A stretch of DNA of 64,000 bases from Ranitomeya imitator (Eukaryota): assembly GCF_032444005.1 (NCBI RefSeq), contig NC_091291.1, positions 25,110,001 to 25,174,000 on the forward strand, in the 5' to 3' direction. Every line of letters starts with the position of its first letter. The first letter of the stretch is position 1. Shown piece after piece: positions 51,780 through 63,757 of the stretch. The position numbers and the translations under genes are program-made. The notes under the pieces are model-generated. The model had not been told where the DNA came from. It made no database searches and saw only the letters and a program-made list of their open reading frames with translations.

Positions 51780-52455
51780 ACTAACATAACATAGTAACAT
51801 AGTTAGTAAGGCTGAAAAAAGACATTTGTCCATCCAGATAATAATATAATAATTTTTATTTATATAGCGCCAACATATTCCGCAGCGCTTTACAAATTAT
51901 AGAGGGGACTATATTCCATCATAATAAATCCCCAGATCTACGCCCTTCTACAGAACCTAATAATTGTATGATACAATATTGTTCTGCTCCAGGAAGACAT
52001 CCAGGCCTCTCTTGAACCCCTCGACTGAGTTCGCCATCACCACCGGCAAGCAATTCCAGATTCTCACCGCCCTAAGGCCAGAGTCACACATGCGAGAAAC
52101 ACGTCCGTGTCTCGCATGTGAACAGCAAGCTCTGGCGCCGACACTGTGGAGCGGAGAGTGCGGCCGCATAGGAACACATGGAGCCGCACGCTCCGCTCCC
52201 AAGTGCCGGCGCCAGAGCTTGGATTTCACATGCGAGACACGGACTTCTTTCTCGCATGTGTGATCCTGGCCTAACAGTAAAGAATCCTCTTCTATGTTGG
52301 TGGAAAAGCCTTCTATCCTCCAGACGCAAAGAATGCCCCCTTGTGCCCGTCACCTTCCTTGGTATAAACAGATCCTCAGCGAGATATTTGTATTGTCCCC
52401 TTATATACTTATACATGGTTATTAGATCGCCCCTCAGTCGTCTTTTTTCTAGATT
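51780..52455 (-). mobile_element. CR1 LINE 3' fragment with a nested Harbinger MITE (52076-52271, TAA TSD)
   Basis: ORF2 C-terminus LEKRRLRGDLITMYKY...RGHSLRL...RGFFTVR; (TATGTTAC)-type tail near 51785-51805. Confidence 0.85.
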
Positions 52456-52574
52456 ACTGTGACATTCAATTGAAAGCTGTAAATGCTGTCCCAGACCACG
52501 ATACCTCATGCCTGGCTGATGCTGCAGTGCCATGCTGCAATTTGTACTGTGGGTGAATTGAGGTTACTGTCTGC

Positions 52575-55500
52575 TGTTGTGAATTCTGTTATCGAACTCC
52601 CTCCTGTGGTCATGAATGGTACTTCGGCGAGTTCTGTCCATGGACTCCCTCTGGTGGCTGTCAGTGGTGCTGCTGCTTCTGAGGTTCCTTCCACAGGTGA
52701 CGGAGTTTATTCGTTGGCTGGCTGCTCTATTTAACTCCACTCAGATCGTTACTCCATGCCAGCTGTCAATGTTCTTGTACTGGTTCAGTTCGCTCTTGGA
52801 TCTTTCTGGTGACCTGTCTACTCCAGCAGAAGCTAAGTCCCTGCTAGTTATTATTTGTTCATTGTTTTCTGGTCCAGCTTGCTACCATGATTTTGTTTTG
52901 CTAGCTGGAAGCTCTGGGATGCAGAGTGGCACCTCCGCACCGTGAGTCGGTGCGGAGGTCTTTTTGCACACTCTGCGTGATCTTTTTGTAGTTTTTTCTG
53001 CTGACCGCAAAGATACCTTTCCTATCATCAGTCTGTTTAGTAAGTTTGGCCTCTCTTTGCTGAAACCTGTTTCATTTCTGTGTTTGTGACTTTCATCTTT
53101 ACTCACAGTCAATATATGTGGGGGGCTGCCTTTTCCTTTGGGGAATTTCTCTGAGGCAAGGTAGGCTTTATTTTCTATTTCTAGGGCTAGTTAGCTCTTA
53201 GGCTGTGAAGAGGCATCTAGGCCGTGTTAGGTACGCTCCACGGCTATTTCTAGTTGTGTGATAGGATTAGGGGTTGCGGTCAGCAGAGTTCCCACTTCCC
53301 AGAGCTTGTCTTGTGTGAGTTTAACCATCTGGTCGTTCCTGGTGCTCCTAACCACCAGGTCCATAACAGTACAGCTGGCCCAAAGTATTAATGCATCTCA
53401 ATAGAGGGATAAGAGAAGTTCTGGGACCATTTTTATTTCTTTGCAGTGTGTTTTGTCTTTCTTTTCCCCTTAACCTTTGGGTGGTTCAGGACACAAGTGT
53501 AGATATGGACATTCAAGGTCTGTCCTCTTGTGTAGATCATCTCACTGCAAGGGTACAAAACATTCAAGATTTTGTGGTTCAGAATCCGATGTTAGAGCCT
53601 AGAATTCCAATTCCTGATTTGTTTTCTGGGGATAGATCTAAGTTCCTGAATTTCAAAAATAATTGTAAATTATTTCTAGCTTTGAAACCCCGCTCCTCTG
53701 GTGACCCCGTTCAACAAGTAAAAATCATTATTTCTTTGTTGCGTGGTGACCCTCAAGACTGGGCATTTTCCCTTGCGCCAGGAGATCCTGCATTGCGTGA
53801 TGTAGATGCGTTTTTTCTGGCGCTTGGATTGCTTTATGATGAACCTAATTCAGTGGATCAGGCAGGGAAAATCTTGCTGGCTTTGTGTCAGGGTCAGGAT
53901 GAAGCGGAGGTGTACTGTCAGAAGTTTAGAAAGTGGTCTGTGCTTACTCAGTGGAATGAGTATGCCCTGGCGGCAATTTTCAGAAAGGGTCTTTCTGAAG
54001 CCCTTAAGGATGTCATGGTGGGATTTCCCACGCCTGCTGGTCTGAATGAGTCTATGTCCTTGGCCATTCAGATCGATCGGCGCTTGCGTGAGCGCAAAGC
54101 TGTGCACCATTTGGCGGTATTCTCTGAGCATAGGCCTGAGCCTATGCAGTGTGATAGGACTTTGACCAGAGTTGAACGGCAAGAACACAGACGTCGGAAT
54201 GGGCTGTGTTTTTACTGTGGTGATTCCACTCATGCTATCTCCGATTGTCCTAAGCGCACTAAGCGGTTTGCTAGGTTTGCCACCATTGGTACGGTACAGT
54301 CTAAATTTCTTTTGTCCGTTACTCTGATTTGCTCTTTGTCATCCTATTCTGTTATGGCATTTGTGGATTCAGGCGCTGCCCTGAATTTGATGGACTTGGA
54401 GTTTGCCAGGCGCTGTGGTTTTTTCTTGGAGCCCTTGCAGCATCCTATTCCATTGAGAGGAATTGATGCTACGCCTTTGGCCAAGAATAAGCCTCAGTAC
54501 TTGACTCAATTGACCATGTGCATGGCTCCTGCATATCAGGAGGATATTCGCTTTTTGGGGTTGCATAATCTGCATGATGTGGTCGTTTTGGGGTTGCCAT
54601 GGCTACAGGTCCATAATCCAGTTTTGGATTGGAAATCTAGGTCTGTGTCCGGCTGGGGTTGTCAGGGGGTACATGGTGATGTTCCATTGCTGTCAATTTC
54701 GTCTTCCACTCCTTCTGAAGTCCCTGAGTTTTTGTCAAATTACAGGGATGTATTTGAAGAGCCCAAATCCGGTGCCCTACCTCCTCATAGGGATTGCGAT
54801 TGTGCTATTAATTTGATTCCTGGTAGTAAGTTTCCTAAGGGCCGACTGTTTAATTTATCTGTGCCAGAGCACGCCGCTATGCGGAGTTATATAAAGGAAT
54901 CCTTGGAGAAAGGTCATATTCGCCCGTCGTCATCACCGTTGGGAGCAAGGTTCTTTTTTGTGGCCAAGAAGGATGGCTCTTTTAGACCTTGTATTGATTA
55001 CCGCCTTCTTAATAAGATCACAGTCAAATTTCAGTACCCTTTGCCGATGCTGTCTGATTTGTTTGCTCGGATTAAGGGGGCTAGTTGGTTCACCAAGATA
55101 GATCTTCGAGGGGCGTATAATCTTATGCAAATTAAACAGGGCAATGAATGGAAAACAGCATTTAGTACGCCCGAGGGCCATTTTGAGTACCTGGTTATGC
55201 CATTCGGCCTTTCTAATGCTCCATCTGTGTTTCAGTCCTTTATGCATGACATCTTCCGAGAGTACCTGGATAGATTCATGATTGTATATTTGGATGATAT
55301 TTCGGTCTTTTCGGATGATTGGGAGTCTCATGTGAAGCAGGTCAGAATGGTGTTCCAGGTCCTTCGTGCGAATTCCTTGTTTGTGAAGGGGTCAAAATGT
55401 CTCTTTGGAGTTCAGAAGGTTTCATTTTTGGGTTTCATTTTTTCACCTTCTACTATCGAGATGGACCCTGTTAAAGTTCAGGCCATTTATGATTGGACTC

Positions 55501-58355
55501 AGCCGACATCTGTGAAGAGCCTGCAGAAGTTCCTGGGCTTTCTAATTTTTACCGTCACTTCATCGCTAATTTTTCTAGTGTTGCTAAACCGGTGACTGAT
55601 TTGACCAAGAAAGGTGCTGATGTGGTCAATTGGTCCTCTGCGGCTGTAGAGGCTTTTCAGGAGTTGAAGCGTCGTTTTTGTTCTGCCCCTGTGTTGTGCC
55701 AGCCAGATGTTTCACTTCCATTTCAGGTCGAGGTTGATGCTTCTGAGATTGGAGCAGGGGCTGTTTTGTCGCAAAGAAGTTCTGATTGCTCGGTGATGAA
55801 ACCATGTGCCTTCTTTTCTAGAAAATTTTCGCCTGCTGAGCGCAATTATGATGTTGGCAATTGAGAGTTGTTGGCCATGAAGTGGGCATTCGAGGAGTGG
55901 CGACATTGGCTTGAAGGAGCCAAGCATCGCGTGGTAGTCTTGACGGATCACAAGAATTCGACTTATCTCGAGTCTGCCAAACGGTTGAATCCTAGACAGG
56001 CTCGATGGTCGCTGTTTTTCTCCCGTTTCGATTTTGTGGTTTTGTACCTTCCGGGCTCTAAGAATGTGAAGGCTGATGCCCTGTCAAGGAGTTTTGTGCC
56101 TGACTCTCCGGATGTTCCTGAGGCGGCGGGTATTCTCAAACAGGGGGTAATTTTGTCTGCCATCTCCCCTGATTTGCGGCATGTGCTGCAGAAATTTCAG
56201 GCTGATAGACCTGACCGTTGTCCAGCAGAGAAACTATTTGTCCCTGATAGATGGACTAGTAGAGTTATCTCTGAGGTTCGTTGTTCGGTGTTAGTGGGTC
56301 ATCCGGGAATCTTTGGTACCAGAGATTTGGTGGCTAGATCCTTTTGGTGGCCTTCTTTGTCACGGGATGTGCGTTCTTTTGTGCAGTCCTGTGGGACTTG
56401 TGCTCGGGCTAAGCCCTGCTGTTCTCGTGCCAGTGGGTTGCTTTTGCCCTTGCCGTTCCCGAAGAGGCCCTGGACGCATATTTCCATGGATTTTATTTCA
56501 GATCTCCCTGTCTCTCAAAGGATGTCTGTCATTTGGGTGGTTTGTGATCGCTTCTCTAAGATGGTCCATTTGGTACCCTTGTCTAAATTGCCTTCCTCCT
56601 CTGATTTGGTGCCATTGTTTTTCCAGCATGTGGTTCGTTTGCACCGCATTCCGGAGAACATCGTCTCGGACAGAGGTTCCCAGTTCGTTTCGAGGTTTTG
56701 GCAGTCCTTTTGTGCTAAGATGGGCATTGATTTGTCTTTTTCTTCGGCTTTCCATCCTCAGACAAATGGCCAAACCGAACGAACTAATCAGACTTTGGAA
56801 ACATATCTGAGATGCTTTGTTTCTGCTGATCAGGATGATTGGGTGTCCTTCTTGCCTTTGGCTGAGTTCGCCCTTAATAATCGGGCCAGCTCGGCTACTT
56901 TGGTTTCGCCCTTTTTCTGTAATTCTGGTTTCCATCCTCGTTTCTCTTCAGGGCAGGTTGAGTCTTCGGACTGTCCTGGTGTGGATACTGTGGTGGACAG
57001 GTTGCAGCAGATTTGGACTCATGTGGTGGACAATTTGACATTGTCCCAGGAGAAGGCTCAATGTTTCGCTAACCGCCGGTGCTGTGTTGGTCCCCGACTT
57101 CATGTTGGGGATTTGGTTTGGTTGTCGTCTCGTCATGTTCCTATGAAGGTTTCCTCTCCTAAGTTTAAGCCTCGTTTCATTGGTCCGTATAAGATTTCTG
57201 AAGTTCTCAATCCTGTGTCATTTCGTTTGGCCCTTCCAGCTTCTTTTGCCATCCATAATGTGTTCCATAGGTCGTTGTTGCGGAGATACGTGGCGCCTAT
57301 GGTTCCCTCCGTTGATCCTCCTGCCCCGGTGTTGGTCGAGGGGGAGTTGGAGTATGTGGTGAAGATTTTGGATTCTCGTATTTCGAGACGGAAGCTCCAG
57401 TACCTGGTCAAGTGGAAGGGTTATGGTCAGGAAGATAATTCCTGGGTTTTTGCCTCTGATGTTCATGCTGCCGATCTAGTTCGTGCCTTTCATTTGGCTC
57501 GTCCTGATCGGCCTGGGGGCTCTGGTGAGGGTTCGGTGACCCCTCCTCAAGGGGGGGGTACTGTTGTGAATTCTGTTATCGAACTCCCTCCTGTGGTCAT
57601 GAATGGTACTTCGGCGAGTTCTGTCCATGGACTCCCACTGGTGGCAGTGAGTGGTGCTGCTGCTTCTGAGGTTCCTTCCACAGGTGACAGAGTTTATTCG
57701 TTGGCTGGCTGCTCTATTTAACTCCACTCAGATCGTTACTCCATGCCAGCTGTCAATGTTCTTGTACTGGTTCAGTTCGCTCTTGGATCTTTCTTGTGAC
57801 CTGTCTACTCCAGCAGAAGCTAAGTCCCTGCTAGTTATTATTTGTTCATTGTTTTCTGGTCCAGCTTGCTATCATGATTTTGTTTTGCTAGCTGGAAGCT
57901 CTGGGATGCAGAGTGGCACCTCCGCACCGTGAGTCTTTGCGGAGGTCTTTTTGCACACTCTGCGTGGTCTTTTTGTAGTTTTTTGTGCTGACCGCAAAGA
58001 TACCTTTCCTATCCTCAGTCTGTTTAGTAAGTCGGGCCTCTCTTTGCTGAAACCTGTTTCATTTCTGTGTTTGTGACTTTCATCTTTACTCACAGTCAAT
58101 ATATGTGGGGGGCTGCCTTTTCCTTTGGGGAATTTCTCTGAGGCAAGGTAGGCTTTATTTTCTATTTCTAGGGCTAGTTAGCTCTTAGGCTGTGAAGAGG
58201 CGTCTAGGCCATGTTAGGTACGCTCCACGGCTATTTCTAGTTGTGTGATAGGATTAGGGGTTGCGGTCAGCAGAGTTCCCACTTCCCAGAGCTTGTCTTG
58301 TGTGAGTTTAACCATCAGGTCGTTCCTGGTGCTCCTAACCACCAGGTCCATAACA
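52575..58355 (+). mobile_element. Full-length Ty3/gypsy chromovirus LTR retrotransposon #2
   Basis: 794-bp LTRs at 52575-53368 and 57562-58355 (TG...CA, about 16 substitutions), polypurine tract, flanking direct repeat gtctgc. Confidence 0.97.
53391..57560 (+). pseudogene. gag-pol of gypsy #2, disrupted by one frameshift and one stop
   Basis: CCHC (CFYCGDSTHAISDC), protease DSG, RT YLDD, RNase H, integrase, chromodomain (YLVKWKGYGQEDNSW). Frameshift near 55540; TGA at 55862-55864 where NRELL is expected (CGA to TGA). Confidence 0.92.
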
Positions 58356-58599
58356 GTCTGCCCCTCATTTGATGTGTTTTGGCAGCTTTTGGGAACATTT
58401 GAAGGTGTTGTGCATGCGTTTGTTTTTACCTCCCATTGACTCCAATGACGGTTGGCTATATTCGGCAAATATTCGATGAATAAGTCAGCAAATAATTCAA
58501 AATCGGCAAGCATTATCTGTAGAGGAATATGTATGAGGCACTGACCAATCACATACCTAATGGCGACAATCGTATAGAGCGCTTACCCAGAAGTCATGT

Positions 58600-59165
58600 A
58601 CTAAGCTTCAGGAAACATAGTCACACCATCTGAGACACATGATCAAATAGCACTTCAGATATTTGTAGACAGCTATTAAGTCTCCTCTCAGCCTTCTTTC
58701 TTACAAGCTAAACATTCACAGATCCATTAACTGTTCCTCGTAGGACATACTTTGCAGTCCGCTCACCTTCCTGGTAGCTCTTCTCTGAATTTTTTCCTGT
58801 TTTTCGATGTCTTTTTTATAATGTGGTGTCCAGAACTATACACAGCATTCCAGATGAGGCCTGACCAAGGAGGAGTAGAGGGTAATAATTACTACATGTG
58901 ATCTAAACTCTATGCTTCTCTTACTACATCATAGAGCTGAGTTTGCCTTTTTTGCTGCTGCATCACACTGTGGACTCATGTGCAGTATTTGATCTATTAT
59001 GATACCCAAGTCTTTTTCACACTTGCTGCTGCTTAGTTCTATTCCTCCCATTCTGTAGATGCAATTGTCATTTTTCTTTACATAGATGCAGAATCTTGCA
59101 TTTCTCCCTGCTAAATATCATTCTATTAGTCACTGCCCGATCAAGAGTAGCTTTTAATCTGTGTG
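58600..59165 (-). mobile_element. CR1 LINE ORF2 fragment
   Basis: RMIFSREKCKILHL motif; the downstream sequence resembles the CR1 C-terminus (aggctgagaggagacttaatagc). Confidence 0.7.
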
Positions 59166-60158
59166 GCTGTGGTATCAAGAAGCTTAAATGGAACAGTTGT
59201 AGAGGAGTTTTCTTGGAGATAGCTGCCTTGCGCAATTGCCCAGTATGCCTGCCCTCTAACACCATCCCGAATGGCAGCAATATTAGCAACAGTAATTGGC
59301 AGTGTATATATCTACATGACATAAGAATCAACTTCTATCCACCATCTCTGCAGTTTCCTTCCAGCATAAGTCCTGAGGTATGGTTGGGTCAGAAGCGCAC
59401 AATAGATCAATACCGCAACAGAAATAACTCACTTGGGGGGTTGTATAGAGACACAACACATATAGGTGTCTTAGAATCTGCAGTGGTAACCCCATGGCTA
59501 GAGGATAAATTCTCCAAAATGGTAATTCCCTTCAATAGAAATATCACAGTACTTGGCTGTGCTTACAAGAATGAAGAATCCTTTGTGGTGAAAAATAAAG
59601 CTTTTATTCAACCAATGCATTTTGACAATGGATGAGGACCTTTTTCAGAAAGACACAAGTTGGTTGGAAATGCTTTAGTTGAACAAAAATCTTATTTTAT
59701 ATCTTCGGAGCTCCTTCATTCCCGCTATCGCAGCACAGGATCCATAATATTTACACTAAAGGAAACAATTTGCGAAACATCACTGTAATCTTACATATTT
59801 TCGATTTCTATAAAATTACACAGAGAGACAGCACATTGCATAGTGAGCATTTAGTGAAGTGTTCAGATAATAATCACATAAATAAATAAATCTTAAGAAC
59901 TCATCAGAACTGTGTTGGGGTATTTTCAGTATTCTGAGCAGTTTATGGGTTTACAGATTTTAGCTAGACCAGTGTTATACAATTTAGAGCTCCTGGGATA
60001 CTACAACTACCAGCATAGCAGACGTGAAGAACGTTACACTTTCCTAAAAATAATGCTTTATTAACATCTAAGTCTTATGCAAAGCCAAGAAACAATCTGG
60101 AACACGTCATACATTGTTTCCTTCTATAACATTTGTGATTCAAAAGATCAAAAGAAAA

Positions 60159-63092
60159 TCAATAAATTGAAGGTTTATTCATTAGCTCAATCAATTTTAC
60201 GGAAGGAACATTACAGTTCAGGAGGGTTCTTTTTTTTTCTGTAATTGCGATACAGCTGTCAAAATTTACTTTGCAGGCAGCACCAGTAATACAACCTTTA
60301 ACAGATAATTTCTTACTTGTTCCACCTGAAGACACAAAACCAACATAAATCATTAGGAAAAAAATGTTGCTCTAGCAATATTCTAATTTCTTCATGCAGA
60401 AAGTTTTTTTAATACGCTATTATATGATTTATTTTTTATTGTTTCTGCATTGAGTAATAAAATGTCGTCATCCTTTAAGAAACATTTTGCTCACCAAAAA
60501 TTATCACTTCCGCCCTATACTCAAAACATCTGTCCATGTCTCCAGTGCACTCCACCATGTGGTGACCCTTACATTCTTCCACAGTGTCCGTACAGTAGGC
60601 GGAAGGACATAGTTTACCATTTGGTGTTGGATCATCTTTAGGAACTGGAGAAATAAATACAATTGTTTGCATTAAATATTATCATTTAGATATGACTCAC
60701 GGTCCAAAAAATATGTTCATATTATTCAATTATGCTGCTACTATTTTTGTTGTTTTGGCTCCAGTCTTCTACCATGTAAAAACAAAGTATGAGCCAATCA
60801 ACAAGCACAATTCTTTCTTTCCATGTCCTTCTTAAACCCTTCTCGACTTCAAAATTTTTCATTTTCATTTTTTTCCTTCTCTTTTTCCAAAAGACATAGT
60901 AGTTTTTTTTTATCAATATAGTCATATGAAAGCTTGTTTTTTGTTAGATGAGTTGTACTTTTGAATGACATCATTCATTTTACCATGTGACGCATATAAT
61001 ATGATTCACAGGTCAATACAATTGCACAAATAACAAACAGGTATAGATTTGTATTTAAGACGTAAAAAAAAAAAACTTTGCAAATTTGTAAAAAAAAATA
61101 TTTTCACAATTTTTCGAGAACCGTCTCGTTTGTGGGGTTGTGTGAGAGCTTATTTATTTTTAGCAGCCTGATAACATTTTGAGATAGATCTGATTTGCTC
61201 TTTTTTCATTTTATTGCAATGTTGCAGTGGTAAAAAAAACATAATTCTGCCCTTTTTATTTTATTTTTTCTGCTAACGCTATTTACCAATCTGGAAGGGT
61301 GATCATCAACAGACTTCCAGTTATCATGACAGCCTATCTGCCCACCCTCCCAAAAAAATGTTATGATTGTGCCAATGGGAGCTTGGAATGATGCACCACA
61401 AGACGGTGTCTGTTAAATGCCCTTGTCAGAAAATGACAGTAGGATTTAACATGCTAACAGGTACGGCTGGAGCTCTGATCCATCCACGTCTGTTAGAGGC
61501 ACATGATGGCTGATTAAATCAACCATCATGTTAGAGGAAAGATACGAGCTCGCCATGCGAGCTGACATCAAAGGCAGAGACTCAACATATGACATACAAT
61601 TAAGTCAAAGAACGTGAAAAGGTTAAACTTGAGAGGTCTAACCTACAAGAATAACGAGGTCTGTACAGCATTTCAATCTCCAAACAAGAATGTTCCCATA
61701 CCAGATAAATGGAAGAAGACTTGAAACAAAGTTTCTTGGAAGACTGCAAAACTTTTTTGTTAAAAAACTTAATTCAGACGTGAGGTGGGCATACTTCTTG
61801 TTTTTGCGTTAATGCTACAAGTCTCAGCCAGATGACAAATCTCCTGAACCAACCAGCCTTGTCTCCACCTAGGAATCAGATGTTTTGGGTCACAAGACCA
61901 GTGGTCAAATAGATATGGTCTCTATATTGCCCTGTAAATTAGCACATTGACTGGGATTTGCTCATTAGTCAAATATTACCCTACGATAAGCGACAACTTG
62001 ACACTTACGATCATATCCATCAGTGTTGCACAAGTCTCCAGTGCAGCAATTCACATAAAATCGATATTTAACACGTTCAAGGAATCCTGAACCCTGAAGA
62101 CCACAAATAGATTCGTTGGCACAGCCTTTATATATCGACTTAAAATAATGTCCATCTATTAGAGAAGTAAATAGACATGATGAAACCTGAATTGAGGTGG
62201 TGATACTTTTGTTTAAAGGAAGAGTTGAGTTTTTCTCACCGATGTAAAAGTATTGGCAGACGGTCATACATCCAGCTGCGAGACATTCAATCTCAGACAC
62301 ATTACATGTGGTGGAGTTATAGGACACACCCGACATACATCTATGGGAAAACACTGGAAACAAGAGGTGACAATCCAATAATATTAAATTGAAACAATAA
62401 AAAAGGGGAATTCAAGTGAAAAGGGGAATATTTTAGTTGAGAACCATATTTTTCATATTTGTAGTCAACGAGACTCGAGATGAGCTTTAAGTCTCACTTG
62501 TACTTTATTGAAACTGACCCTTTCTTTTTTTTTAGAAATATCTCTTATAGGGCATGGTTTTACTCCAAAAAATTTCACAAGTGTATCATTTTTTTACATA
62601 ACCCACAATAAGGTAACAATATAATGTCTCAGGAAAATATCTTGATGCAAAACTTTAATTGGACACTTAACTGAGCGAAAAGTTTCAAGCAAGTCAAGTT
62701 AGCTTTCGAGTTACATTATGGTAGTGACTGATGTAAGAAGCTGTTACCTCTATAAAACCATCTTGAAAGATGTGAATCTATATGGTCACATCAGTAGGCA
62801 AAGGAGAAGTGAATCCTGTATTATTTGGGGGGCCCATTTTTTAATAGTCTAATTTTTCCAAGAATTGTTTCCATATCTGGCTATGGCTTGATGTCACCAC
62901 ATTAGCCAGAATGATTCAGAATTTGTATTTCACATTAGCAAATACTTGCTGAAAATGAAGGAGAAACAATGCATTAAAGTTGCCGACACTTCTCGGTGAA
63001 CTATGTGTATATGCTGTCAACGGACTTTCTCTAGTCTTACCTGAGCCGACAAGAGCAGAGATCACGCAAAGCAAAGCGACCAGGTTCTTCAT
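60159..63092 (-). CDS. Gene D: secreted two-domain Ly6/uPAR protein (same family; closest paralog of C), 209 aa
   Basis: Exons 63092-63041, 62353-62240, 62155-62009, 60644-60495, 60325-60159 (630 nt), GT-AG, phase 1, open frame. Ends ...KGCITGAACKVNFDSCIAITEKKRTLLNCNVPSVKLIELMNKPSIY. Confidence 0.9.
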
Positions 63093-63156
63093 GGTGGATG
63101 ACTGGTGGCTTCTCGGATTCTCTTCTGCTCGTCCTGTTGTCTGTACACCGGGATCA

Positions 63157-63304
63157 TATAAATGCTCTACGGAAAGGTAAAGAAACTACTGTGCTATGGG
63201 ATAGATGGAGTCTATCCTATGGCACCATGGCACGCCATTATTTGCAAAGAAAATTCTCCTCTCGGCAAATGTTAAAGTTCTGGCACAAAACAACAATGAC
63301 GTGA
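63157..63304 (-). promoter_or_regulatory. Gene D proximal promoter
   Basis: CATTTATA (minus) at 63164-63157; TGACGTGA at 63297-63304. Confidence 0.6.
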
Positions 63305-63714
63305 TGATGATGAGTCCAGAATATCTGTCAATTTGATCTTGCCAAAAAGAGAATGCCGTGTCTTGTTTGTTCTTGTGCAACTTTTATTATCTTAAAATAT
63401 CCCAAGGAAATGTATTTGGGTGAATTTATTTGGTTTGTGTGCACAAGCTTCTTATTCTTGACTTTCAGAAATAAATTTCCAATAATGAACAATATTTTTC
63501 TTTTTTTATTCAAACAGCTCCAAAATCCTGGTCTGATTAATTAAGAAAATAAATTCTGGAGGAAATTACTGAGCCTTGGGCACTATAGGTTGTGAAAGTT
63601 TATGGAATGAAAAGTGGCACCAAGAGGATGTAGAATAAGTATATTATTTTTAAAAAGTTACTCAAAGGTTACAAAAAAAAAAAAAATAGGCATGAAATGG
63701 GAAGTAAAGAGGCC

Positions 63715-63757
63715 ATACAACATGTTTCGATGCCGGACCGGCGTCTTCATCAGGTAT
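63715..63757 (-). ncRNA. Canonical minimal type I hammerhead ribozyme motif about 620 nt upstream of the gene D ATG
   Basis: AUAC-CUGAUGA-A-GACGCCG(GUC)CGGCAUC-GAAA-CAUG-UU-GUAU. Stem I 4 bp, stem II 6 bp with one mismatch, palindromic ACAUGU stem III, GUU cleavage triplet. Confidence 0.75.

Noticed and set aside
59096-59635. 179-aa plus-strand ORF
   Set aside because: It partly overlaps the antisense of a CR1 fragment and has no recognisable motif, so it cannot be supported as a gene.
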